NCBI GenBank assembly: GCA_030704615.1
Contig: CM060731.1
Span: 25,978,001-26,042,000, forward strand
Reading direction: 5' to 3'
Length of the DNA: 64,000 nucleotides
Source: Takakia lepidozioides
Lineage: Eukaryota; Plantae; Bryophyta
Shown: piece by piece, positions 1 to 12,290 of the stretch
How the letters are laid out: every line of letters starts with the position of its first letter
Numbering within the stretch: the first letter of the stretch is position 1
Notes under the pieces: generated by a model
What the model was told of the DNA's origin: nothing
What the model saw: only the letters and a program-made list of their open reading frames with translations
The model's database searches: none
Made by a program: the position numbers and the translations under genes

Positions 1-2540
1 ATTATGCCTTTATTGCGGAGAAAATGATCACATGGCATTAAACTGCCCCAACAAGAGAAGATTCAAAGCTCGGGGCACCATTCAAGTGTTCGATACGAGG
101 AGGTCGGAAAACGAAGATGTCCAGTCACAGTAGGGACCATGCGGCTGGACACCCCAAATTCCTCACCAAAAAAAAATCTTCTTCTACCTCCAGACCCTGT
201 ATTTTGTTTCACAGTTCCAGTAAAGATCAGGATGCAAAATCGAGATATCTCCGTAGAAGCACTTTTGGACTCGGGCGCTTCAGCGTGTTTTATTGACAAA
301 GACTTTGCGAAGCAACACAATTTAACGCTCGTAAGAAAGACCATGTTGAAGTTATCGATGGACGACCGTTAGCATCAGGAAATGTTGACCATGAAACTCG
401 ACCCATTGAAGTGAAGCTTAAAAATCAAGCATCACAGATTGTTTTCAATGTCATCCAATCTCCAACAAATCCTGTGATCCTTGGACTTCCCTGGTTTGTA
501 CTTCATAATCATGACATCGACTCGCAATCACGAAAAATTTCGGCAAGACAAAAATGCAAAAGTACCAAAGATATTCAACCCCTGTTTCTTGGAGCTAGAG
601 CCTTCATGAGAGCTACCAAAAAGGAGGCACTTTATGCGACTCCGATCAAGACCACAACAGACAAAGGTACTTCAACATTACCCGCTCAATATCAAGATTT
701 CAAAGATGTCTTCGAGAAGAAAAATGCAGACATATTGCCAGAACATCGACCTTATGACTGTGCAATTGAGTTACAAGAAGGAGCCCAACCACCATTCGGC
801 CCAATCTATAACTTATCCCAGACAGAGTTGGCTGCATTACGCGAATACATTGATGAAAATTATCAAAGCACTTCATCTGACATTCCACATCACCCGCGGG
901 GGCGCCTATCTTGTTTATGAAAAAGAAGGATGGATCATTACGCATGTGTGTCGACTATCGCGGTCTCAACAAAGTCACAATCAAGAATCGTTATCCGTTG
1001 CCGCTGATTCTGGGCTTCTCGACCAGCTGGGACGAGCGAAGATTTTCACCAAAATCGATTTGAGAGGAGCTTATAATCTTGTACGGATAAAAGAAGGAGA
1101 CGAATGGAAAACAACTTTTCGAACAAGGTATGGACATTTTAAATACAATGTTATGCCTTTCGGTCTTACAAATGCTCCAGCAATTTTCCAACATATGATG
1201 AATGACATCTTTCGAGAATTTTTAGATGACTTTGTAGTCATCTATTTGGACGACATTTTGATATTTTCACAGAACGAAGAAGAACATGGCTACCATGTAC
1301 GCCTTGTCCTTGATAAATTAAGAGAAAGAGGACTATATGCCAAGTTGGAGAAATGTATTTTCTATCAATCTGAGGTCGAATTTCTGGGCTACATTATTTC
1401 CGACAAAGACGTCTTTATGGATCAGAAGAAAATACAAACCATCATCGAGTGAATTAAACCAACTTCGGTCCGAGATGTACAATGTTTTCTGGGTTTTGCA
1501 AATTTCTATAGAATCTTCATCAATGACTACTCCAAAATTGCTGCACCATTGACACGACTTACAGGGAAGGACAAATTTGTATGGGACGAGAAGGCTGACC
1601 AAGGCTGACAGGCTGAAGCAGGCGTTTACAACAGCTCCAATACTGGTACATGCAGACCCATCTAAACCATTCTTCTTAGAAGCAGATGCATCGGACTTTG
1701 CACTTGGCGCGGTACTCTCACAATACGGTACAGATAGCCGACTCCACCCTGTTGGTTTTCGTTCTCGCAAATTTTTCGCTGCGGAGATCAATTATGAAAT
1801 CCATGACAAAGAACTTCTAGCGATTATCGATGCTTTTGAATAGTGGCATCATCTATTGGAGGGAGCTAAACATCAGGTCACTATCTATACCGATCACAAA
1901 AACTTCGAATATGAATGCTCGTGTTTTGAATCGACGTCAAGCGAGATGGACTATGTCACTAGCAAGGTTTGATTTTGTTAATACCTACCGTCCCGGACAT
2001 CTTCAAGGAAAACCAGATGCTCTTTCTCGACGATCATATCTTGCGCCAAAGAAAATGGATGCAACTTTTGATCAACAGAAATCTATCATCTTGAAACCAA
2101 CAAATCTCCAATTGAATATGCTATCCATGTCCACCTATGACGATGCCGAGATCATAAAAGAGATTCAGGAAGCACTGAAGAGCGACCAATTCGCTATGAC
2201 ACTACGAAGTCAACTAAATCGACCTCGAGACAACCCACATGTTACAAACGACTTCGAGTTCAAAGATGACTTACTTTATTTCAAGGGATTTCTCTATGTA
2301 CCTCCAGGGCCTACACGACTTCGAATTCTTCAAACATGTCATGATCTTCCGGCTGCAATACATTTCGGCTTCAACAAAATAATGGAATTGATATCCAGGG
2401 ATTATTGGTGGCCGCAGATGTGGAAACTCGTGAAAGAATTTATAAAATCTTACGACACGTGTGCTAGAGCGAAGGGACCACGACATCGACCATGACAAAG
2501 TCCAAGAGTTTCATTAACGATATCCAGCTAAGCCCCGAGC
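1..2540 (+). pseudogene. Ty3/gypsy gag-pol pseudogene
   Basis: ORF pieces 139-372, 411-920, 634-1452, 1577-1843 and 1830-2495 carry PR, RT, RH and IN motifs in different frames. Confidence 0.93.
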
Positions 2541-2699
2541 TACACGTCAATAAGACGTCACAACGATGATGTCAGCCAAGTTAGTTTCAAGGTGAAGACT
2601 CCGCATTCAATATACCTGATACAGGCTAAGGAGGGAGAAACACCACACATCAGTATATATAGCTACACTTCCAGCACTCTTGCATCTTGTATTGGCAGT

Positions 2700-3101
2700 A
2701 TGGAGTCGCAGGAACCAGAGACATTAAAGTTGTCGCTTACCCAGCTACCAGATCAGCCGTTCCGACTTTCACGACCTTCAACATCACGCCGACGCTCTCG
2801 AGACGATGGGCCACCAATGCGACGCATACTTCCTCGTCTGGACCCCGTACGATGGCAAGTGGAGCCTACTCAAAGTTTGATATTTCTGTTGGAGGTTGAG
2901 GCTTCGGACCCAGATGGCAACGAAATCATGTTTGAAGGCAGTTTCGAAAATCAGAATGCTCAAATCACTGCGTGGTCCCAAGTTCAAGGTGTTGGACACT
3001 ATCGATGGTTGCAGGGACCTATAAATCATTTGAGTCAAGAACGAAGAGCCGAATTCTTGGCAAGTACCATTCGTCGGATTTTGGATTTTCTCCAACTCTA
3101 A
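2700..3101 (+). CDS. Additional ORF of unknown function in the Ty3 element, between chromodomain and PPT (133 aa from ATG 2700)
   Basis: Uninterrupted frame MESQEPETLK...LDFLQL; TATATATA at ~2654 upstream; lies inside the element. Confidence 0.5.
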   Translation: MESQEPETLKLSLTQLPDQPFRLSRPSTSRRRSRDDGPPMRRILPRLDPVRWQVEPTQSLIFLLEVEASDPDGNEIMFEGSFENQNAQITAWSQVQGVGHYRWLQGPINHLSQERRAEFLASTIRRILDFLQL

Positions 3102-3156
3102 GCAAGTCCAAGATTTTACCGCTCCTCGAGGAACTCGGCGCTAGAGGAGGGGGTGA

Positions 3157-3777
3157 TGACGGACATAGCCAGATGAACTTACCAGGAGTAAATACCAAAA
3201 GTTACCAAGTTACCGAAAGTTACCATGATTTACCATGATTTACCATTACTTACCAAGTTACCGGGAGTTTATCAAATTACCAAGAATAACTTGGGAAACT
3301 ACTCAGGAAGCTTCATTTGGAGGAAACTTCTCCATTAAGATACCTCATTTGTTTAAGGAAGCTTCTTCATCAAGAAACATTTGCTTAATCTTGGAAACTT
3401 CTCCAGCAAGCAACCTCCATAGGGGAAGCTTCTTAGAGAAGCTTCTTAGTAACCAATATATATAGGAGGCGAGACTGGACACTCTTCAGTCTCGCCAACA
3501 CTAGTTCAAGCTACTCTTGTTTCCAGTTTCCAGTACTCCAGTCCAGTTCCCAGTACCCTAGCCCAGTTCCCAGTATCTGATACTCCAGTCCAGTTTCCAG
3601 CATTCCAGTATTCAAGTCGTGTTCCAATATCTTATACTCTTGTTCATTGTTATAAAGATCGTATTGATTTTTATTTATTCATCGTGCATTCGGCCACGCA
3701 GACCTTGACTTCTTGTCTAGCCTTGTACCTCTACTCTTATCTCTTGTTTGTGTTAAGTCATGTTCTCGTCCTTGACA
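3157..3777 (+). repeat. 3' LTR of the Ty3 element
   Basis: Begins TGACGGAC just after the PPT and ends GTCCTTGACA (imperfect terminal inverted repeat). Contains TATATATA at ~3457 and internal TTACCA and CCAGT minisatellites. Confidence 0.85.
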
Positions 3778-4155
3778 GCACCTAATAACAAAAAAGAAAA
3801 AATCTGCGACCACCATCGGCTGGTGGTCGCACCCATTTAAAAAATAATTAAAAATGTGCGACCATCCTTTGCTGGTGGTCGCACCTATTTAAAAAAAATA
3901 AAAATGTTGCGACTACCACCTGCTGGTGGTCGCACCCAATTTTTATTTATTTTTTTAAAATGTGCGACCAGTCTCTGCTTGTGGTCGCACTTATTATTAA
4001 AAAATGAAAATACTGCGACCACCACCTGCTGGTGGTCGCACCCATTTAAAAAATAAGAAAAAATGTGCAACCACCCCCTTCTGGTGGTCGCACCTATTTA
4101 AAAATAAATAAATAAATAAATAAATGTCCGACCAACCTTTGCTGACGGTCGCATG
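3778..4155. repeat. Array of palindromic TGCGACCACC-N-GGTGGTCGCA units with A-rich spacers (DNA transposon subterminal array)
   Basis: About 7 hairpin units at ~50-60 bp spacing; same motif as the arrays at 8124-8235 and 11950-12290. Confidence 0.85.
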
Positions 4156-4335
4156 ATTGACAATATAAATCATAGAATATGAATTTTACAGATAAATAAT
4201 GAAGTCCACGTAATGAGGCCATATCGGTTGCCACGTCGGTTCTCATAGTAAATAGTCAATAGTAAAGTAAAAAAATAAACATATTTATGTACAGTAACGT
4301 TCGTCAATGCCACGTCACGTCCAAATTTGCAACTA

Positions 4336-4680
4336 GGGCAAAAAGAGATGCTGACAAGTGCTCTTCACGTTCTCAACATCTTGAAAGAATTAGGGTACCT
4401 GAGGACTGAGAGGGGTTGTTAAATCACCTACAAGTGTAGGTATCAAGGTTCTAATCTTAGTAACAGTCCTCAGGGAGTTTGGTGCTATAATTAAGCTTAT
4501 AGATATGTATGAAGTTATATTACCGTGTGGTAGGTCCAAGTACTGCTGGCAGTTGGTAGCTATTACTCCATCCTTAAATTAAGTCAGGTGCTTAGCCTAG
4601 TTAAATATCATGTGTGTTCATTCTTTGGATGATTCTAGCCTAGTATGTTCTTGAGTTGTTTGTAATACAAGAATCTTTCA
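4336..4680 (+). mobile_element. 3' end of a Ty1/copia element: PPT plus 264-bp LTR (4417-4680)
   Basis: PPT GAGAGGGG, then TGTTAAATC...TCTTTCA. Near-identical to the reverse complement of the LTR at 15647-15918. Confidence 0.9.
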
Positions 4681-5790
4681 GTTTGTTCAGAATGCCATCT
4701 AGAACAATTTCAGCTTGGATGATGTGAACATGGACCTAGGTGTTTGCCATTTCTAGGGTTGCCAGGTGAGCATCCACGATGTTACCGCACTTAACATACA
4801 TGTTGACAAGGGCATTGTGTAGAGGAACGTTTGCCTTGAATCCACTTAAGATAATGCGAGCGTATAACTGTACCTGATTTCTAGTTTGCAGGCCTGTAGA
4901 GCCTCTTTTAGTCAGCCCATAATCACACTTGCAATGGAGGATTTTGACTGAGTCTGGTGATAGTAGAAGGAAATCAGATTCCTGTCCTAATTCTGGTGTG
5001 GGTGGTGGAGCTTCTTCATAAGTTTGTAGATGGAAGTAAATACGATTCGGAAAGAGCTTGATTGGAGGGACAACCTTTGTACAGTCGTCTCACCATCTTA
5101 AATTTGGACATGTTTAGTATGTTTCTCGTGATGCTGCTTCAGATAGAACCCACATTGTCATTCTGTACATTTGCCCTAATGGATATGTATGCCAAAATTG
5201 TTGAATGGCATGTTTTCTGCAACTCCAACACACTAGATCAGCTCTCTAGATCAGTGCCAGCTTTGTAGGAGGTCACCACTGCACCACCGCACCTTCTAGC
5301 GGTGGCTTAACTAGGGCCCCTACAAATTAGCAATACTATCAAGCAAGAAGAATACTATCTATAGACCACTACAGCTCTTTATATACCTCAGCTAGTATGG
5401 AGCGAACTCTCTCTCCAGATTGTTATATGCAATTAGCCTCGTGATGCTTCTTGGCAAAAAAACACTTCAAGGTTAATCCAGCTTTGTTTGCAAAGTGTGT
5501 AGTGGTGTGTAGTATTGGTTCTTGATTGCACTAGTTATTCACTATTTGCTATGTAGAGTTTGTGTCATGTATGTCTCCTTTTGGTGAACTTGCAACCACT
5601 ACATTTCACAGGTTATGGGCCCACGGCCCTAAATTTTCATGTTGACTTCTGCAAGTTAGCTGGTTGAGTGAATCTTTGATAGTTTGGAGTGACTTTGACA
5701 TAATACTGCCAATGTGACAACAAGAAAAATATCCAAAATCAGGTAACAGAGATGAGGAGAAGCTGTGGAATGAATACTTTCTGACCCCAG

Positions 5791-6105
5791 TCAATGGTGG
5801 GACAATCGAGGCAAAAAGGTGAATGCCTGCTGGATTACAAAGAGTAGCAGATGCCATTGAACATAAGAAGTACTGTTATAAGTTGAGTTGGGTGTTTCGT
5901 AGAAAAAATCTAGGCTATCATTGTCAGCTGCTAGCAGCAAGGCAAGGATGTATGCATGATTTTGTGTAGAAGCATGGATAGCTGAAGGAGCAGGGATAGA
6001 GTGTGGGTCCAGATTCATCCAAGAGGGCCGGATTTCAAGCTCCAGATTACCTATGATTCCTTGTGGAAGGATAGCTACAAGAAACCTGTCTGGGTAGATG
6101 GTCAA
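5791..6105 (-). pseudogene. Unidentified coding-like fragment; paralogous copy at ~21690-21960
   Basis: Both copies encode EIRPS(W)MNLDPHS...LLAADNxSLD on the minus strand. Confidence 0.4.
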
Positions 6106-6129
6106 TTTCTTGTTGCGGTAGTGCTTAGC

Positions 6130-6710
6130 TGTAGAATGAGCAGTGTATCAACTACATGAGGACCGAAGGCTAGAATGGTTGCAGAGTGAACCTCAGGCCC
6201 TTATATCATGGACTCATGAGCTGTAGAAAGTAATTGTAGAAGTAATTAACTACCAACTAATGAAGTCTATCCTACCTACTATGGTGGTGGATTAACTGCT
6301 AACCAATTGGCATATCTACTGCTACCGAGAATATAGTGAAGACATTAAACCTGAGGGCTGAATAATCAATGGTACACTAATGCTTGCAGAACTAATTTAA
6401 CACCTCCCCTCAGTCCTCAGCCACCGTGATAGCTCCTTCGAAGATGTCAAGAATATGAAGAGCAGTAAGAACAATAGCTATGGCTAGTAGATCATCCCCA
6501 ATTGCATGCCTTAAATTGCACATACCAAGCTCATCCCTGAATTTCTCGAGTTTGACTCGGCCTAGTGGCTTGGTGAAAATGTCAGCTATTTGTTCACCAG
6601 TGGGTACATGAATCAAATCAATTTCTTTGCTCTCAACCTTTTCACGTATGAAATGGTGGTGTACCTCTATGTGTTTCGTCCTGGCATGAAACACGGGGTT
6701 CTTGGCTATT
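6130..6710 (-). mobile_element. 3' end of a second Ty1/copia element: RNase H C-terminus, PPT and ~273-bp LTR (6130-6402)
   Basis: IAKNPVFHARTKHIEVHHHFIRE...QIADIFTKPL; PPT GAGGGGAGG then TGTTAAATT. The LTR is only distantly similar to the 4417/15647 LTR family; its left boundary was inferred from that similarity. Confidence 0.85.
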
Positions 6711-7357
6711 GTCGAGCGGCTTCTACTCACCCATCCCTTCGCTATCCGAGGTGGGAACTCCAAGATAGAAGAGTTGGATATCTCTAAGCACTCAGCCCGC
6801 TCAGAACAATCAGTCATGACCTACAGCTAGTGTATCATGGAAGTGCTTCTTGTTTGTATTCCTTCTTGTCTTCATGTCAGCTGATTACCTTACTGTTTAT
6901 ATTTAAGCATCAGATTGCTTCAGCAATCTATCAGATTCCAATCACTCATCCATTCATTCCACAGCTTCACTCCGGTCTCTCTACACAGTGTGAGTGTATC
7001 GAATATGTATCAGATTAAGTTCTATCAAGTATCAGGTCGAAGCCATGGTGTCCCTAGTCTGCTCTACAGTATATCTTTACAGCTCGCATGAATCAAGCAC
7101 CAACAGATCGTGTCTCCTCCTCCACTGCACTCTTCCTTCCTTAGCTCCAGATCGTTCTCTCTCCCTGAAGGCCAAGTCCTGATGCCCCCAAGTGTCCTCC
7201 TAGAAGTGTCTTCCATGTTGCTGCTCTGCCTAATTTATCTGCAAGCTGCTCTAACCGCCTAACTAACTAACTGTCACCCAAAAAGTAAGCACGTTCCCTC
7301 TGCAGATGTCGTTCCCACACAGTCATTCCCTGCCAAAGATAACCGTTCCCTACGTAT

Positions 7358-7545
7358 GCTGTGACGGGCTGTGCCAAGCTGTGTCGGGCTGTGACTGTGC
7401 CGAACTGTGACTGGCTGTGTTGGACTATGTCAGCCTGTGACTGGCTGTGTAAAGCTGTGTCGGGCTGTGACTGGCTGTGTCAGGCTGTGGTAGACTGTGA
7501 TAGGTTGTGTACGACTGTGTAAGACTGTGACTGAGTGTATAAGCC
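7358..7545. repeat. ~10-bp minisatellite (GGCTGTG/CTGTGAC)
   Basis: Tandem degenerate CTGTG units. Confidence 0.8.
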
Positions 7546-8791
7546 TGTCCACCACCCCTAAACCCTGTGCCTGTCACCCCTAAGGCCTCTGTTGGTCTAA
7601 GTCTACCATCCGTAAGTCTGCGCAAAAATTAAGGGTACCCCACAGAACCCGTAAAACTGTCTAAGTCCCAGACAATCCTCTAAACGACGTACGAAACCAC
7701 TCCCATGGAAGGCAGGGTCCTCGTCCACGGATGCGGCATTGAACGTGAGATACATATCCACAAATGCACAGATACAACAACTCGACGCGCCCAAACATGT
7801 AGGGTATGGTACAATTTGGAGGGTTAGAATTGTTGGGAATCAATTCATTCCTCCATCTTGGGAGCTAGCAAGGAAAACGCCCAGGGAAAAAAATACTGAG
7901 CTTGCCAAAGTCCAACATAACAAGATGAGGGGGTCCAAAAAAAGAATGGAGGAATTGGCTAAATTTAGAATAGGGAGTATTGTAGGGTTGACATGTGTCC
8001 AGGTCCTTCTAGAAGGCTCCCAGGGTCGGCGGGCTTCTAGAAGGGTCCCACCGCCCTGAGAGGCTATATAAGGGAACCCCCCCTTACTACGTACTAACTT
8101 ACTACCTATTAAATCAGTAAATAGGTGCGACTACCAGCAAGGGGGTGGTCGCAACATTTTTCTTTTATTTTAACAGTTGCGACGACCGCTACTGGTGGTC
8201 GTACAATTATTTAAAAAAAATTAGGTGCGACCACCAGGAGGTTGGTCCTCTTGCACCTGTATGTATGTTTGGAGAGGTAGATAAAAAGCACATGTATCGA
8301 CTCCCCATGGATTTGTGAAGGGGAAGATGAATATTGGGAGTTGCACCTGGCCTTTGTGGCTTTCGAAACCATAATAGGAAATCAACAATGTAAAGGTAAT
8401 GACGAAACACAAACACACGCACAACCACCAAACCCTTTCTTGGGTACACATATTCCACCATTTTTCTTTCCGTACACGTATGCATGTATCCAAACTGAAA
8501 CATAGATATCCATGGAAACATATTACACATCATGTGACAGAAGTTATAGCTGTACCTAGTTCCGTCTGGCACGACGACGATGGTATGATCTCACGCTTAA
8601 TACAAAATCTTTGTCCCCACTCACTTCACCCCCGTTCCCATGATCAGTGCTAGAATCATGATCTCCATCTGTTCTTTCGTTTCCAGAAGCAACTGGCCGT
8701 TGGACCTGTAGTCGTCCTCGGAGTACGTTCAGTTGTCTCTCTGGTCGATTTCCACTCATATCATGAATACCATCTAGGGTATCAGGCCTGT

Positions 8792-11525
8792 TCACAGGTC
8801 GATCACCAATAAAATGTTGCACAATTCATTGCCGTTTTTGGGCTTGTCCGGATTTCGTGGTGACCTTGGAGCAGGTCTCGTATGAGGAAGACTACTCGCA
8901 CGTACATCAGAGGGGCCGACATGAGAGGAAGGGGCATGAGATGGACTAGCAAGGGTCGAGGGAGCACGGTTCACATGCGGACGTCGTCGGGCCAGATGAA
9001 ACGACAATGACCGGTCGTCGTCATCCGATGGTTCGACTTGTAGAAGTCCCGCAGCAGAAGAAGTATCTTCCAGGATCGAAGTAGCGATGGAAGGAATTAC
9101 ATGAGGGAGAGAGAGACTAGATGGACCAGCATGGGATGGACCGGCGTGAGAAAGAGAAACATGAGATGGAGCGGCGTGAGATGAAGCACGGTTCACATGG
9201 GCACGATGTTGGTGAAGGAATGACAACGGCCGGTTGTCATCATCCGACGATTCGACCTGCACATCTCCCGCAGTCCGTGGAACTCGTGGTGGGGGAGAGT
9301 TGACCTCAACTTCATTGTTGAGAGTGTGCTCCACTGGGGGAAGGGGGTCCGCACCATGTCGCAGTTCATCAACAACAAGGTCATCGAAGGATGGATGCAT
9401 TGTAGCATCATCGTCATTAAATTCATATGGGTCATGTGGAGAATTGCCCACATCATCGGACCCATCCCAACCGTTGGAGTCGGAGTCCCTCGCGGCGTCG
9501 GTGTCATCATTGTTGCTAGATTGGACCTCTGAGGCAGATTCTTCAGACAACAGATTCTTCTCGTACCATGCAGATGCGTCACTTGCTGTCCTCTCTTGCA
9601 GCAGCCTACAATTCATGTAGACATAAACCAATTTGTCAGCCCTGGCAGGATTCAACCTGTTGCGAATCTTGTTGTGAACAAACGAGTAACTGCTCCAGTT
9701 CCGCTCACAGGATGAGGCAGAGCATACTTGAGCAAGAATACACTTTGCAATGGGAGCTACCGTTCTTGCTCCAGCTCCAATCAGATCCCACCATTCATGT
9801 GGCAACATGTTTATTGCTTTTGGATCCGGCATGTCATGGAAAGGATTCTGGCGATCCGAGAAGCACTGGTACTCGGACAAAGCTCGCTCTGCCATGTTTA
9901 AAGGTGCGAGTTGCACGATGACCCGTACAAGCCCGGCTTTGGCATCCACATCATCTCTCAAATCCGTATTGTCCAGCAAGAATGGATTCAGCAAGGCCCC
10001 CCCATAATGCAAGTCTGTGCGAACCATCCGTTTGCGGTTGTAAAATGTATCATCGGTCCTTGCCGCCAAATCATCATCCATAGAAAATAGAGGACGCCTC
10101 AAGGATTGCACGTGCTTCTCAAGGTTTTTCAATATCAACCGTGCTTTATCCATTATTGGTTGTTTTCCATCAAACTCCCGCAAAGCAATCAACACCGGCT
10201 CCACCATGTACACAAAATTTGCACATTTCGCCCAGAAATCGTCGGAGCGAATGATTGCGTGGATCCTCCGATTTTTTTTCAAAGACTTGGACTTACGAGA
10301 GTCGCGTAAGGTGCCCACATACGCATCCCATTGAGGGTCAATGATCACCTGCTCCAGACCCGCCCTCACAGTCACCAGTCGATCCACCATCAAAAAGTTT
10401 GTGGCAAAGCGGGTTTCACCCGGGTTCCTAAGGCTGTATTTGGGTTCATGCTTTCTAAATAATGCCAGAGGGATGTGATATGTACGAATGAACGTCACAA
10501 CCAATTTTCCCCTTTTTACTAGTTGTTTCATCCATGATTCTTTTCCCCAATCCTCCAAAAGGAGATTTAAGATATGAGCAGCACACCCTTGGTTATATAG
10601 ATGGGGATATCGTACCATCAAAATATTGGCCATATTAACCATGTTAGATGCATTGTCCGTGCACACTTGGACAATTTTATCAACTCCAATTTTATCGATG
10701 AAACTTGTCAACAACCCTGCTTGATAACATGCATCTAACGTGTCAACGGATCCCAAAAATTGTTCCCCCGCAGGACAGACCAGCATGACATTGAACAGTG
10801 GTCGATTAGTAACAGAACTCCAACCGTCCGCACATATAGTGCTTTTATATTTCCGGAGAGAATCACTTGTCTTTTCATTCATCTTTTGGGTGAGGTCAGA
10901 CATAGCTTCTTCTAGCAATCCTGTGCGGAGATCGCGATAACTCGGAGGTGTGTATGTGGACTTGGAATCGGATGTGGCTTTGACAGCAGCCACAAACGCA
11001 GGAAGCCTCGAGACATTGAACGGAATATTGACCTCGTAGAAAACTTGGGCCCACTTATTATCCAGAGTCCTCCTGTGCAACAAATTTAAGCATTCTTGCA
11101 ATTGATTGTTGCCTCAATGGTCTGGTCCGTACAAGTGCTGGCGTACAATCGGGTGTTGCTCTTGACCTACCGGCTTCTCCACGAACAGCAGACGCCTCGT
11201 AAGAATCCCTTTAGGTATAACTCTTATGGACATTTTGATTCGAACATGGAGTGTTTGGCTCAGAAACCGCGGCCACATCAAGAGACGGTGGGATATTGCC
11301 TCCACATTGGGTAAAGTGGACTTTCACTCGCATAGAGGCTTTTGGGCACAAAGTAACCCCTGCATTCTTCCCATCTTTGTAGTCGAGGTGATATAACATG
11401 CGATCTTTGTGACCCGCTAGCTTCAATGCACAGAGATTGCATTGAACACCGTCTTTTTTATGCGGGTCTACGGTGAACCAAGGGATCCACTCCTCCCTCA
11501 TCCTCACACCCAAAACCCTAACCAC
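8792..11525 (-). CDS. hAT transposase (BED finger + DUF659 + hAT dimerisation domain); N-terminus in separate frames, possibly a pseudogene
   Basis: BED finger W..F...VQCNLC...MLYHL in ORF 11211-11525. The 769-aa ORF has ADGW, CTDNASNM, CAAH, ETRFAT, EWW and SSCERNWS...RNRL motifs. Confidence 0.9.
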
Positions 11526-11949
11526 AGACTTAAGGTTGAACGAAGAACACTAGTGTACTTGGTAGATTTGTCAAGAACAATATAAATTAGAACAGAATGC
11601 GATGGCCCAACACTACGGCATCAATCCAAGTGGATCAATGCACCATGTAGTATTGTGCTTTTCAACAATTTGCTGCAGTTGCTCTGGTGGAAGCCACAAC
11701 AGCAAACGGTCCGCACCCTCCTCTTGGGTTTACACTCTTACTCAAGGAATAGAGAACATTCACTCGCCACAAAAGTGTTTGCCACAAAAGAAGTGAGGGG
11801 CATTGTGACCACCTTATATACCCTCCAGCCTTTAAGCCTCACACGCTCGACGAATCAGAATCCAATGTTGCGACCGCTCCAGGTCGCACGAGAAAGTCGC
11901 ATGTTATTTTTAAAAAACAAATTGCACGCAGATATTAAAAAATAGAAAA

Positions 11950-12290
11950 TTGCTGCAACCACCCCCTACTGGTGGTCGCACCTATTAAAAAAAAAAATTG
12001 CTGCGACCACCCCCCTAATGGTGGTCGCACCTATTAAAAAAAGAAAATTGCTGCGACCACCCCCCTGTTGGTGGTCGCATCTATTAAAAAAAAGAAAAAT
12101 GTTGCGACCACCCCCATGCTCGTGGTCACAAAGATTATTTAAAAAAAAAAAAAAAAAAAATGCTGCGACCACCCCCATGCTAGTGATCACAGATATTAAA
12201 AAATAAAAAAATGTTGCGACCACCCCTTGATGGTGGTCGCACCTATTACAAATAAAATAAAAATTGTGCGACCACTAGTAGTGGTGGTTG
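11950..12290. repeat. Palindromic TGCGACCACC-N-GGTGGTCGCA array
   Basis: About 8 hairpin units separated by poly-A. Confidence 0.88.

Larger units (their letters stand above)
1..3777 (+). mobile_element. Decayed Ty3/gypsy LTR retrotransposon (Tcn1-like chromovirus); 5' part lies outside the window
   Basis: Domains in Ty3 order: gag CCHC knuckle (CLYCGENDHMALNC, ~2-50), protease (ALLDSGASACFI), RT ([20 protein letters not shown]), RNase H (EADASDFALGAVL, YEIHDKELLAI), integrase H2C2 (CHD..HFG..CARAK), chromodomain tail (VQEFH*RYPAKP). PPT AGAGGAGGGGG at 3143-3153, then a 3' LTR. Multiple stops and frameshifts. Confidence 0.95.
8124..12290 (-). mobile_element. hAT-superfamily DNA transposon (DUF659 type) with inverted palindrome arrays at both sides; true termini not identified
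   Basis: Transposase lies between a left array (8124-8235) and a right array (11950-12290) in opposite orientations. Confidence 0.8.

Noticed and set aside
3778-4155. Palindrome arrays as CRISPR (also 11950-12290 and 28885-29190)
   Set aside because: Spacers are poly-A or mutually similar, repeats are degenerate, there are no cas genes and the context is eukaryotic.
5062-5268. PPR fragment (ALMDMYAK)
   Set aside because: A single short motif; too little to call.
6710-7280. Possible further solo LTR
   Set aside because: Starts with TG at a junction, but no TSD, partner or clear end was found.
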